Shown: positions 48,500 through 61,673 of the stretch, piece after piece | How the letters are laid out: each line of letters begins with the position of its first letter | Position numbering within the stretch: position 1 is the first letter of the stretch | Assembly (NCBI GenBank): GCA_964252035.1 | Contig: OZ176211.1 | Origin: Podarcis erhardii | Taxonomy: Eukaryota | Length of the DNA: 64,000 bases | Direction: 5' to 3' (one strand) | Program-made: the position numbers and the translations under genes | Notes under the pieces: model-generated | Databases searched by the model: none | Told to the model about the DNA's origin: nothing | Seen by the model: only the letters and a program-made list of their open reading frames with translations

Positions 48500-51400
48500 T
48501 AGAAGTTGTAAAATAAAGAACAGTTTAACACATCTGCAGATATGTGGGCTTGTGAAGAGCTGCTGTTTAAAGAGAGAGATGTGCAGAACTATTCTCCTTT
48601 GGGATATCAGAGCCTGCAGTTTATGAGAGGGATATCTTGGGTCAGTTTTTGCTGTCCTTTAAAGTCTGAAGTGAAATTTTCTAGATAGAGGAGGAAGGAC
48701 AGGGAGAGGGAGTGGTGAGTGTCATTTCCTACAGAAGGCATAGCTGAGCACTTTGATTAACATAACAGGGTCATTGGAGTGTTTGTGATCTGCCAAATAT
48801 TCATCTGTATGCTGCATGGCAATATCCCCCCAAAATCCAGTTTTAGCATTTTGAGGCAATAACTTTTGACATACCATACAAAAATGCTTCACAAAGTGCC
48901 TGTATTTCCATGTGCCTGCTACAGCAAAGAAAAAATATGTAGAATGGAGAGTGATACTTAAAATCCTAGAGCCTAAGTACAAAAACATGTATTGCCTTTC
49001 AATCATGTGTATTATCTTTCAGTCCTTCAAAGATATGGAAATTAGAAGTATATTGTGTAATTTATTAATTTCCTTATGTTCTGAAAGCTACATTATTATT
49101 TAAATAAAATTATTTAAAGGATTAGATTCCACTTTAATAACTGTGTTCCTATCAAACCAAACTACTGTTTTAACTAATTCGGACTTTAAAACCATACACG
49201 CTTACTTGGAAGTAAGCCCTACTGAACACAGTGGGACTTATTGTAAGAAAAAATATATAGGATTGCACTGTCAACTCTATTGACCCATATACACCTAAAT
49301 GATTCAAAAATTAGCCTGTTCCTGCATATTTACTCATGAGTATGCCTCACTGTATTAAATGGGTCTTCTTTGAAAGTGTAGATAGGGTTGCAGCTTTAAA
49401 TGAGTTGTGGATCTGAGTGAAGAGTATTTCAAAGCTATTTTTGCTTATTTCGGGAAAATGATACCTAAGTTCTAAAAAGTATTCCCAGTCATATTGTTAA
49501 CCCCAGCATTAGAACTGTGGCCTAAATTGAACTCTAGTTTGTAGACAGTTTGTTGCTACCTTACAGACTAATTTAATTCTTGTTTCTTCATTGCCCTTTT
49601 CATTGGAAATATACACACTATATGCCTTTTAATGGAGACCAAATAAAATGTTTTATTTAAACATAAATCATTCCTCATATTTATTCTTTTTTAATGGAGA
49701 CCAAAAGAACTAAATAGATACCAACCACTTCACTACAAAGTAGACCCAGAGTGACTGAAGCAGCATTATTCAACAAGTCAGTCTGCATCTACTAGGAACT
49801 ATTGTGGGAGACTGAATTAATACAGATAGGTGCACTGACAGATGGAGTTGGACTTTAAGGTAGCAAAGGGAGGGTGAATGTCAGGGATGCTGAGGACTTG
49901 GAAATTTCAGAATTAAGTAGCACCAAGGTTCTGCTGTTTAGCAAAGCATACAATGGACAAGAAACCTAAGGGATACAATACTCTGGAAAAGTACATTGTA
50001 ATAAAATTGCAGCCTATGTTTCCTTCCAGTTTGTAAAAGCTTTGGATGTATTTTTTCTTTTGAACACTATTAAGCTTCATATAGTTCTACAGTTCATTTT
50101 TCACATTCAGTATCATTTAAAATTTGGCCCTTCCTAGAATGTAAAGCAATGTCAACTGAAAATCATGATAAAAGAACTGCCCAAACTAAAATGTATATGT
50201 TAGAAATGTATTTTGCAAAACCTTTGGATGCATTTTAAACAAATCTCTCTTTTTTTAAAGTATATATGCTGTATATTAACAGAATGATCAACATAAAACT
50301 TTGATTTTTGGCACAAAACCCCCCAGGGTAAATTGTATTGCACTATAATAATACATTAAACTTTATTTTAAATTGATTGTACTAACTTTAGTTTCATTTA
50401 AGGAATTGAAGTATATAGACTGAAAGAGGGACTATGATCCTATTTTAAAACATTGCAGGGAACTTGATGACAAAATGTAGATAGCCTCTTGGTGGTTTTG
50501 TAAAACAATGCATTTGGAAAGAACCATTGAAATGCAAAATAGGAAGAGAAAGGCTTTACAACAATGTACTACACACATAGTAAGCCATTAACATCCATAT
50601 GATATGAATGTGGAAACCTTTTACATCCTATTCCTAAGCACACTACTTGAGGCAAGTTTGAAATCAATGAGATTTACTTTCAAGTTACGGTTTTTAAGTT
50701 TGGGTGTTAGGGTGTGTTTTCAGGAATAGATGTAAAGGCTGATGATAGGGGAAAATGTTTTTGAATTCACAGCTTTTTCAGACCCAGAGATAGAAATATG
50801 CCTATTAGAAAAGGAAAACAGGCAAAGATTGAATTACTCTGTATTTCAAATTGGTAGTTTTTTAAAAGATACAATGTAGACAACAAATCAATCCACATAT
50901 TTTAAAGGCATGTACATGTAATTTTCTACTATTTTATAACTTTATTTGTTTTAAGCTGCAATCCTATACACACTTACCTGGGAGTAGGTGGCATTGAACT
51001 CCATAGGATGTACTTCTAGGGTTTCATGTTATTTACTTTTATTTTAAATAGGAAATAGACTTTTAAATGTTAGGTGGGGGGGGAGTAATGTACAAAAACA
51101 TTTTCAGCACTTTTAACGTCCTGTATCACCTAAATATTTAAAAATATTTTAAAAACAAGTAGCATCAACCTAAAATTCCAATTTCCTGAAATGCCCTTTA
51201 TGTTTTGCATGTGGCTAATAATTCTAAACATGGATTCAGTAACACATCCTGGGCTTGTTGAGCAAAAGAGCCTGTATTACTTAATCACCTCTTTGTCGCA
51301 ATTAAATCAGGTGTAATTTTCTTATTACTCAATAAGAACGAGCATGTGAGGTAAAATAGATATATAAAAGCAAAACCAAAAAAATCTCTTCAAACCCAAA

Positions 51401-54400
51401 CATGTCTTTTTCATCCTATGTTGAAAACAATTAGGAGGGAAGGAGGGATAAATGGAGGAGGAATAGAAGAGTTGTGTCAGGGCTGTTTGTTTTTGAAGAG
51501 TGAGGGTAGGAATAGATGCTTGCCTAAAGCCGTTAACAACATGTTAAGATTTTAAAACTGAATCTTTGTCCAAACTTAAATTTTATACTTTACCCAAGCA
51601 CAAGAAGCTATAATATTCATAAAATAATGTGCCTTTCAAAAGTTCTGAGAAAAAACTTGATATTAAGTATCTTCTTATTTGTGTTTATTTTTTAAAAAGC
51701 ACACTTTCTTTACCTACTTTGCTTGCTGAACTTGAATATAGCATTAATTTAAATGTTAATGCTGCTATTTGTTTAATCCTAGGAAATGAAAGCATAATGG
51801 TCAGTCCACAGTGTGGAGTGCGACACTTGTGATTTGACCCATACACACTACTGCCATACAGTATTTAAAACTATAAGGTATAGTGGTCTGAATTCAGCAA
51901 ATTATTTGCCCTTGCTCAGTTATGAAGAGCATAACATTTTGTCCATTTTTTTTACTCCCTATGTTAATCCTGTTGTGTTCAGTACTTCAGTCCTAAAATC
52001 TACTTTCCAATCAGTTTAAACAGAACTTACTTTAAACAAAATGTGCTTGTAGAGTTTCTGAGTAAAGCTACACCAGTAAAAACATATATATTTTTATTTT
52101 GTGTGTGTGCATGTACACATAACCGCAGGAATACTTTGCAGCAATATAAATACCAGCTTATATGCAGTTCACCTTTCATCTGCATTTTTTAATGTATTTA
52201 CACATTTTCCAATTTGTACATACAAGTTTTAAGTCAGTTGTGTGCTGACCAAACTACCTATTAATGTAAGTATAACTTTGACAGTTAAAACTGTGATGGC
52301 ATTGTTTGAATCTTTCTCAGAATCTAGCCAGTAAAACCACTAATTTAACTGGTAAGTTGTTTTTAAAGCATCCATTATATTGTTTTAAATTGCACTATCA
52401 CCTCAGGAGGCTTTGGGCAAATGCCACTTAACTAGGAGCACCAGTGGATGAAATAGTTGTTTTCCAAGTACTGCTTCTATTATGATAATGCTAGCATTTA
52501 ATTGTTAATTTCAGCCTGAGATGTACTGTAAACATGATGCAAAAGAGTGTTTTTTACATAAAACCCCTAGATTAAATATTCTAAGTAAATATTACAGCAC
52601 AGGAATTTTTTTTAGCATGGTGGGTAAACATACCTTCAGTTTGAGAGGCCCAAAGTTTACATCTAAGAGCTAATTTATAAAGTTATTCATTGGAATATAG
52701 TTAAGTGCTACTTTCAGCTTATATACAAATATAATTTATTATTAAAGGCTTTTTGAAAATTCACATTTAATATAATAATGCTGTACTAATCAGGGGGAAA
52801 GATAGTAAACTTTAAAGTTTAGATTTAATGTAATTTAAATGTAATGCACTGATTTTCTTTGCAGTATCTCAATAAAGATTTGGAATTTTGCTGTAAATGG
52901 TTTGTTTTTGGCAGTAGGGATATTTGAAAGAAGTCTTTCCCCTCATCCACACACACACCAAAAAGCACAAAAAACATGAAATATGAGCCTATATTTGAAT
53001 AGAAATCAAAAGTTTATACTGGTTCATATTTTTGTCAATACTCCTAGGTTGCATTTCCCCTTTTTATTCATGCTTGTTCTTCTATTAGAAAACATCTTTA
53101 ATTCCCTATTATGCATCTAAACTATAAAGCTATTTCAGAATGACTGTTATCACCAGTTAGAAATTATCCATAGAAAAGGGAGGAAAGCAGTTTTGTTAAA
53201 TATAAAAGCAACTTGCTATACATGAAGCAGATCTCCAGTCAATATCAATTATGTGTCTGGTTTGGGCAGAATCATGTTACTTTTTTTATTTAAGGAGTTT
53301 TCTCCTCAAATGGGGGCTACTACCTCCCAATCTCAAAAACACACCCAAGAATATGCTAATTAATTGTATTGTGTCTATGAATGGAGTAGCCAAATGCAAC
53401 CATTAAAAAAAAATCTAACAATGTGTGACGTTTCCTGTTACAGGACACACTTTTTTTAATATTGATATTACAAACGTAAGGGCACAGACGATCCACGTAC
53501 TAATTTTAAACCATTAAAAACCACCTACTAAACACAGAGAAAAGCTAACATGACCGCATAGGCGGGGAGTATCTTGGGAAGCTTAACATTCCGAGCGAAT
53601 TAAGGGCACAAGCCTCGGATCACTTTTTGTCAGTCTCACTGTGGCACTTCAGAGTCGGAATGTGATTTTTTTACATCGTGCTACTTTCATTTTTTTAAAA
53701 AAAAAATTTACCCATTTGGCAAGAAAGAAGATGGGAGAAATGTTTCTATTTCGGAAACAAGAAAAGTAGTATGGAACACTGAGGAAAAACCAGACATGCT
53801 ATTTATCCTGTTCCTTCAGCTGTATTTTCTCTTCTGTAATACAGATTTGATTTTAAAATCCCTGTACACATATTGCCTTATATAAATTATGTGTGCATCT
53901 GAAGGCCTTCTCACATATATATATATTTCAATATTATTCTAATTATTTGTTACTAAGGATCCGTGATCATTAAAGATTACAACCGCCAATATATTTTTAA
54001 CTATGGTGATGTCTCAAAATATGGGAATTTTAAACTCTGGAATTATTTTCAAAGTGAGATTTGCCTTATTCTTCTGCATTGGCATTTACTATCTAAAGGC
54101 TCCAAAGACAGCAAGTTTTATAAAGAAAAGGAATAAACACAAACGTATTTCAACCCTGTCTCCAGGAAAGCTACCAACAGTTTTCTGCTCCATGGTGTTC
54201 AGAAATACAGCCCTGTTGAGTGCTTTACTGAAGTTCAGAACTTCAATAAATTCCATTTCCCCCCAGAGAACATGCAAATACAATATTTAGAAATTATTCT
54301 AATCCGCCTTTTAAAATTCCCTCAAGTTGCATGAAACAATGCTACTGTATTGCTAAGAAGCTATTTTACCAGAAAAATAGTTTCAAGTCTATATATATTT

Positions 54401-54979
54401 AAAAAGAATGTAGATGCTTACCTCCCCCCATCTAACAAGGCTGGTCGAGTAAACAGTACCCCAGGCGCAACATTTAAAAACAATGTATTATAGACACTTG
54501 TTGGATTTTTTTTTTAAAGACAAGGTTAAGCAGTTTATTTTCCTTCAAGTAATTAAAATGACCAAAATCAACTCAAATTAATTGAATTGTTTTTAAGGAC
54601 AAATGCATTTTGTTTTTGTTTTTACTTTTTAAAGAGAAACACTTCAGAAGGAACAGGCCTTTCGTTTTAAGAACTTTTATTTTTGCCAGCCTCTGAAAGG
54701 AACAAGACACGGTTTTTCCAACTTCAGCAACAAATTTTTTTTTAAAAAAAGAACTCGCTCTTTTCCGAACCCACTCTCCCTTTAGCTCCCTCTTCGTAAA
54801 ATCTAATTATTTCAGCATTTAGTGTTTTTCCTCCTCGAGTTGTTTCCTGCCCCTTCCCCCCCTCCCCTTCCCTCTCGAAAAGTCCTGTTCTAAAAATTCA
54901 CCGCTGAACAGATGTTTCCCTTTGTATCAGGCGAGCTTTTTCTCCCTGGTGGGGTCTTTTACCTTCGGTGAGCTATAAA

Positions 54980-56100
54980 GCCCAGTGAATAAAACAGCAG
55001 CACTAGAGGAAAACAAGGAAGAAGAAGAAATAAAAAAAGTCCTCCCTACTTATGGACCAGATAAAACTGCTGCTGGAAACCGGGAGGGAAGAGCATTGCA
55101 AACTCGAACCGTACTCCTTCCACACACACCCCAACAAGAAAATAAAATAGGGCTTGGGGAAGCTCAACCCAAAAAGCAGAAGCTCGTCCCTTTTTCCTTC
55201 ACGGCTGCGGCGAGAAAACAAGGGGAGCCTTCGCGCGAAGAAGGGCGGCAGCGGCAGCTTCCCTACGAGCAATGGGGGGAAAGGAGCCGCGGCTCCCCTT
55301 CCTCTCCCCTCACGGAGGCCGGCCTACCCCGCTCGCTGCTGCCCCGGCCCGCCTGCTGCAACCGAGCACCTTCCCTCCAACTGCACTTCCTGCCTGAATG
55401 AGGCCTCAGCTCCTCGGCGGCAGCTGCTACCGCCTTTCGCAGCTTCCCCTCCCGCCGCCGCCGGCAGCCCCTTTCCTCCCCCCCCCTCCGCCCCCCACAT
55501 CTCGTCAGGCGGCCTCCCAGCTCCCCCTGCGCTCTCTCGGCGTCCCTCGCGGCTTCTTTGGTGGGGCCCAGCCCCTTCTGCTCCTGTGGCTACAGGCAGG
55601 CCGGCCTGTAGTTAGTAGGCCCGGCTGCGAGCCTGGCTGGGCTGCTTCTTCCCTCAGGAGGAGCAGCTCCTTCTCTGCGCCCTCCTGCCAGCCAGGCTTA
55701 GTCCTTGCACAAGCAGGCCTCTCAATTGACTCTCGTTTTGTAAGCGACACCCACAAATTCATTATTTCACCTGCTCGCCCTCAACCTCTTTCATCAAGGC
55801 AAAAAGGGCTTTGAGGAAGGGGAGAGGGTGGGGGTTATTGGGTTTGGCTGCCCGCCAAGCTCCTCTCCTCTCTTCCCTTACACACGAGGGTCCCGGGTTC
55901 CAATCAGGACGACCTTGCAAAGGCGCCGTGCAAAAAGCCCTTTTGCTGCCACTGCCTTGCCAGCTGGCCCCTGTCCTGCTCACTCGTCCTCCTTCGCAGC
56001 TGCAGCGCTGCCTAGAGGAGAAGCGGGGGCTCTGCGCTCTCCTCCAATGCAGCAGCAGCACGTGCTGCTTTTTCTGGGGAGGGCTTCTGTGCCCTAACCA
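54980..56100. promoter_or_regulatory. CpG island between MLLT10 and the presumed SKIDA1 promoter
   Basis: GC- and CpG-rich block without a recognisable coding exon; the many overlapping ORFs are GC artefacts. Confidence 0.7.
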
Positions 56101-59100
56101 AAAAGGCAAACTTCTTCTTTTAAGCAGCCTTTGCAGCGGTTGGTTGCAGGAGAAAAAGAGGGGGTGGGTGGGATAGATCATCAATCAAAACAGGACAAGT
56201 GCTGCTGACCACAGACCTTTCTCAATTTCTTCCAACCCTGGTAAAACTACTCTTAGGAAAGCTTGGATCCACAACCGATAAATGGAGCTCTACTGTACTC
56301 TCATATATGCGCTTACTCGGAAGGAAGTCCCAATGAAAGGGAATTAAGCCGATTCTCTTTGCAAAACTGGCTTCAATCCAAGAACTTCGGTTTAACGTCT
56401 TCATGACTTGAACTCTTTGCCACCTTGGCTCAAACTGTCACGCTCCTATTGCCCTGCTAACGCTGCCTTCTTTGTTCGCTGAGAATCTTTCTACAATTCT
56501 CAATAGTTTTACCACAAGACAGCAGATTCACAAGATGCTAACCTCTAAAGAAAACAAAAAGCATTCCTCTTGTTTTTAACAAATCAAACTAATACAACTA
56601 AGAGCCACCTAGACAGGCCCTTTAAAATAAACAAAATGCATCTTTCCTTCAACTTCCTTACCTATAATTTAACCATGAGCGGAATTGTGTTACGTTTTGG
56701 CTTTCTTTTAGTTTATTTGCTATATTTTGGAGTGTGGGAGGATGCTTTGCAATTATTTTATTGTAAAGAAAACCTTTTCCTGCTTTGATATTTTCTCACA
56801 TAAACATAAAACTACTTCCCACTTTTTTAATAAAAAGGAGTATTTTTTAATTATTGCACTATGAGGAAGTTTCTCTTTTCAATCTGCTGTTGATTGGTGT
56901 GTTTTTGTTACAAATAAAATACGTTTGCCTTATTTTCTTTTTAAATGAGCTGGTTTATATTCTGACAACTAAAATCTATTTGTAACCAATCCACTGCTCA
57001 TTGTAAGCATGGCCCAACCATGGGATACAGAAATCCAGATATGCTAATTAGGGGAAATTATAGGCACTTAACTGGCAACTCGATTTACAGCCCACTTAAA
57101 ATTGGGTTCTTTCATGTTCACTTGCAAGTAAAGCCAACTAAGTTTGTGGGACTTACTCTCAAGAAAACCTGCATACAATTGCAGCCGATCACACAACATC
57201 AGCTACTGGTTTCTAAAACACATTTAACTGGCAATAGGTCACTGCTTCTGTTGTGCTTGCCTTCTAAACAAGTGTCAGGATTGCAACCCCAGAAGCACAC
57301 TCAACAGTCTGTTTATTCCAGAATAATCCAAAGAGATTGATCCAGAATAAATTGATTATGGATGGCAATTTAACATCTCAAATAGTAAACTTAAGAAATT
57401 CAAGTCATGTCATGGAACTCACTTCTAAATAACGCATGTAGCATAAGAGGATTAATCAATTTAATCAAAATACTTGGCATTAATTGGTATCTGGATCGAA
57501 ATTATCAGGTGCCTAACTGGGATGCTGTGTGTAAAAGAGAGAGCGAGGGAAAGAGGTTTAAATCCACTTAAATAATTAAAATACCACTGTATCTTGTTTT
57601 TCCACATTTTGACAACCATGTTAACAGTGTCAGAATTTAATTTTTTAAAATATTTATTTTACTCAAAACCTGACATGACCCTTTTAACAGCCCGATGCCA
57701 AAACCTGTTCCAATCGAGTATTTGGCGAATAGGCGCATTTTGTCTGGGATAGAAAACACTTGTCCGTCATATTCAACAGGCAACAAGCGGCTCCAAATCC
57801 CCCTTCCGCCCCGTGGACAAGCGTCTCTCTCAAAACCTTTAGCGGGATTTGACAATTCATGGAGAGTCAGTCTTTTATTACCATTTAAGGGTGGCGCGGG
57901 GAGAGAATCTTTTTGTTCCCTTCTACATGATTTGTTTGTATCGATTATGTCGCCAGCAAGAATCTCCCAAGAAAGCCGTGTGCAATGCCTTGACACTCAT
58001 TTGCCTAACACGGCCATGCTTTCAAACGAAAACCAGCCTCGTCAAATCTCTTCTTTAATATGCACTACAATCCCGCCTCGCTGTTCGGATGGATTCCTGT
58101 CCTCCCTGCAACCTTCCGCTCGTATGCAGCAGGTCACCGTTTGGGTCGCCACTTTCTACGTCTTGCTGCTTTGGGGGAAAGCTGCGATTTGGGAGGCTGT
58201 CCCCAGAAGCACCTCTTCCCTCCCCCTCCTCCGTCTCAGAGCCCTCCGGAAGCTCGGCCCACGCCTGCTCCTAGCCTGCACTTTGTTCTCGCAGTGATCT
58301 CGCAGGTTGGGAAGGCTTCAACAAAAACAAAAAGCAGGCAGCGATCTGAAGATATTGCAGATGGCCGGGGCTGTCTGCTGCACGTGCATCTGAACGCTAC
58401 CGGTTCTGGGCCACGCTGCAAGCTCTGCAGATCCGCAAGCAAGGCCGAGAAAAACACTTCCCTCTCGGCTGCAGCTTTAGCTTAAGTTCTAAAGCTCTGC
58501 GTTAAAAGAACTTGTTTCTTTCCAGCCTTCCAAGGAGGGGCGAGCGGGATTTGATCTATTCAGATATTCTTAAGAGTGAAACGCTGTGCCATTTGATGGC
58601 AGTCCCCCAATGCTTTAGACGGAGACCATTAAAACAGTCCTCGATCTCGAGTCCCCCCCTCCCTCTTTTCCCACTTAAAATATTCTTTTTAAGGAAACCC
58701 AGGAGTGTCATTTTTCTAGGGCAGAGAGAGAGAGACGCTAAAAGCTGAAGGATGAAGAAGCAAGTCACCCGGTGACCTGTTTTGCTGCTTTCCAGTCCCA
58801 CCGACCCAACCCCGCCTCACTCACATGGTCAGGAAGAAAAGCAGAAACAAAGAGTTCGAAACCTTTTTCTTCAAAGCCAGCCCTTTTGCTTTTGGGGGAA
58901 GGGGGAGGGGAGATGATGACTTGGGGCAGGAGATGCTGAGTAGGAACTGCAGTGACTCTTCATCCTCGAAATAGTTCCCTAATATTCCCTTCAACTACAT
59001 TTCCCCCATATTGGGGGCGGGATGTGGGGGCTTTGAAGTCTAGCTCTTTGCCTTATGGAAGGGGAAATCCTTTACCATCTCCCCCTCCTTTTCTCCCAGT

Positions 59101-59377
59101 TTTAATCGCCCTGCCTAAACTTTCAGGAACTTTTCTTTTTTCCTCTTCAGCCGCATTACCGTCATCGTTGTAAATAATCCTGATTTATGACAAGCGTTAG
59201 CTGTGTTCAATAAATGCAATTAATTACTGCTGTCGGAAATTATAATTAATAATTACCTATAATAACCTGGACAGTGATACCGGATGTTGAATACGTGACT
59301 TGAAAGTAATCTGCACCAGTGTCAGTGGGACCGTAAAATTAGTGTTTGGAACTGTTTTATAAAGGGCGTTATCGAAC

Positions 59378-59378
<1 letters not shown>

Positions 59379-59416
<38 letters not shown>
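59379..59416 (+). repeat. (ATT)12 microsatellite
   Basis: Perfect run between an AT-rich motif cluster and the CpG island. Confidence 0.95.
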
Positions 59417-59419
59417 CCA

Positions 59420-61260
59420 TAGAAAGTCTCCCGCGGGCAGCTAATAGCACCCTCCCTTGGAAGCGGCTGCCCCTAGCGTCCACGCGGGGAGTTGCAACAG
59501 CGGCCTCCGCCAGGAGCTGCCTGCCGGCCTGAGATTGGAAGCCGCGCGCCCGGGAGGGGAGGGGAGAGAGAAGCGGAGTGGGCGGGGTTGAGAGGGGCGA
59601 TTACGAGAGACTCGAGCTCGGCACGAGCGCGCCCGGCGCGCTGGCTTCTGGGTAAGCAAATGGCCGAGCGGCAAAAGGAAACGCCGAGGGGGAGGAGGAG
59701 AAGGCAGGAAGGCAGGAGGTGAAAGGTCACCGGCCCGCAGGCCCCGCCCCCTGCGCCCGGGTAAATGAATGGAAAGAGCCCAGGCGAGAGGGGGAAAGGG
59801 AAGCTGCTGCTGCTGCAGCGACGGTGGCGGGTTCCTCGTGCTAACTGCGCTTGCCTGCCTGCCTGCCCGCCACTCTTCTTCTCTGGGGGGAAGGAGGCAG
59901 CGACGCCTTACATTGGCCTAAGGAGACGTTGGGCCCCTTCTCTCCAGTCTCCTCCCCCCGCTGCTCCCGGACAATGCAGCCGAAGGGGAGAGCTATAAAC
60001 ATTGGACGGGGGGGGGGAATCCTCTGCTGCTGTTGCTGCTGCTACGCGGGGACAACTTAGGCAATGCCGCCTCCACCTCCTGAGCTTGGGCCACAACAGG
60101 CCCCGGGTTCTCCCTGCTCCCGCCGAGGCAAGAAGCGCTTTCTGGGCTGCAAAGGACCTTGCCGCCTCCAGTTCCCGCTTCCCCCTTGCCCCACAAAACC
60201 CCAAACAGGAGAGCTGTTCGTGAAGGCGCGCTGCCTTCCTCAGCCCGCGCACGCACAAACCTCGCCGGGCCCTTTTTCTCCTTTGCTCCCCGCGATCGGG
60301 GGGCGGGGAGACCCTGATATATTCCCTAGGTTTCCCTCCTGGGCCGCTTTTCCGAAGGCGGCGGCGGCGAGATTTTGCTTTTTTAAACGCAGCCCCGTTC
60401 CTTCTTCGCGCGGCTCCTAGCCGTTTTTTCCGCGCGGAGCAGTCGCTCGAAAGCCCGGCCGAGCTGGAGGCGCCGGCTCGCCTTCGGAAGGGAGGGTTTA
60501 GGTGGTGTTTGGGTTTTTTTCTTTTCGCGGCCGAGACGGCGCGAGCCGTTTCTCCAGTTTCAGCGCCGCTGAATTGGCGGCGGACCCGTTTGCTGCAGGC
60601 GGTGCGAGGGAGGTGGCGGCGGCTGCTGCTGCTGCTGCTGCTGGGATCCTTCTCCCTTTCTCTTTTGAGTAGTATTTAAATCCGCGCGCCGGTGGCTAGT
60701 TTCTCAAACGCCCCGCTCGCTCCAGCCTTTCTTACCTAAAAGCGAAAAAGTTGTGCGAGTCGCCTCTCCCTTCCCCCTCCCCAGTGTCTCCTCGATGAGA
60801 AATGGAGGAAGAAAATGCAAAACGCTTCATAGGGAGAAGTGGTCCCCTTTGTTCTGGCATTGTTTCTCCACGAACTGGCGGCTACAAGGATAAAACACTT
60901 ACCTTCTCTCCTTTTTGCTGCGAAATCCAGACGTTCCCATCGGCTGCAAAATACACAATCCACCTTAGAAAGGGACTAGAGATGTAGAGAGAGTTTGTAT
61001 TCCGTTCTTTTGCGCGCTCTTCCCATTTTGGGGCAAGATTAAGTTGCCGAGCACGTTGTTGCAAGCTGTAGCCCCCCGCCTCAGTGAATGGTCACGTTTA
61101 GGACCCTCCAAGGCCATCCTAAGTCTGCCAGTAGAATCCGAGGGTATTGAAGGTCTAAAACTTTCAAAAGGAAAGGGGGCCTGGAACTAGCCAGAGAGCT
61201 GCAAATATACACTAGGATGCCCCCCGCCGCCGCCACTACACGCACATACGCACATGTTTG
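59420..61260. promoter_or_regulatory. CpG island, probable promoter of the divergent gene (SKIDA1 by synteny)
   Basis: Dense CpG; reverse CCAAT (gattgg about 59533) and GC box (gggcgggg about 59580) just before a strong + strand donor at 59651. Confidence 0.72.
59500..59651 (+). other. SKIDA1: Candidate SKIDA1 non-coding exon 1 (5' end approximate)
   Basis: Donor CTGG|gtaagc at 59651/59652 inside the CpG island. Identity is inferred from the recalled head-to-head SKIDA1-MLLT10 arrangement in human; no SKIDA1 CDS is present in the window. Confidence 0.4.
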
Positions 61261-61561
61261 CCCCCCTCCCTTAGCTTTAAATAAGGAAACCTTCCCCGGT
61301 GAGAGTTTAACGTGAAAGAAAGAAAAAGTTTGCAAATTTATTAATTCCTTAAGAGCGAATGTGTTAAAAGCCAATCCCTGCCTGCATTTGAAACCCACTA
61401 CCCTTCTTGCTCTCACCCCATGTGGCAAAAGTTTTGAATCTCGAAATAAAAACAAATGAGCCGGCGGTAGAAAACGAGGTTGGGAAGTTTAGGTTATGGT
61501 TGTAGCTGGGAGAAAATGTGTCGGAGGAGGAGGAGGAACAGTTTTTTGTTTTGTTTTTAAG

Positions 61562-61673
61562 AGGAAATGCTGTTGGTGTTACTATTTTGGTAACGCGATG
61601 ATCAAGCGAGCAAAAGAAGCCCATTCACTGATTTCTGCATACTCCAGGCGATGTTTAATGCTCAGCCTCGCAG
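61562..61673 (+). other. SKIDA1: Candidate SKIDA1 non-coding exon 2 (112 nt)
   Basis: gtttttgttttgtttttaag|AGGAAATG...CTCGCAG|gtatta: long U-rich acceptor tract plus CAG|GTA donor. Confidence 0.45.

Noticed and set aside
54985-56184. Stack of overlapping 85-153-aa ORFs, also at 45100-46800 and 59440-60420
   Set aside because: GC-rich CpG-island sequence has few stops; the peptides are low-complexity Pro/Arg/Gly/Ala with no recognisable domain.
59441-59490. CTCF-like CGCTAGGGGCAGC on the minus strand
   Set aside because: One G short of the core spacing; cannot be supported without a PWM score.
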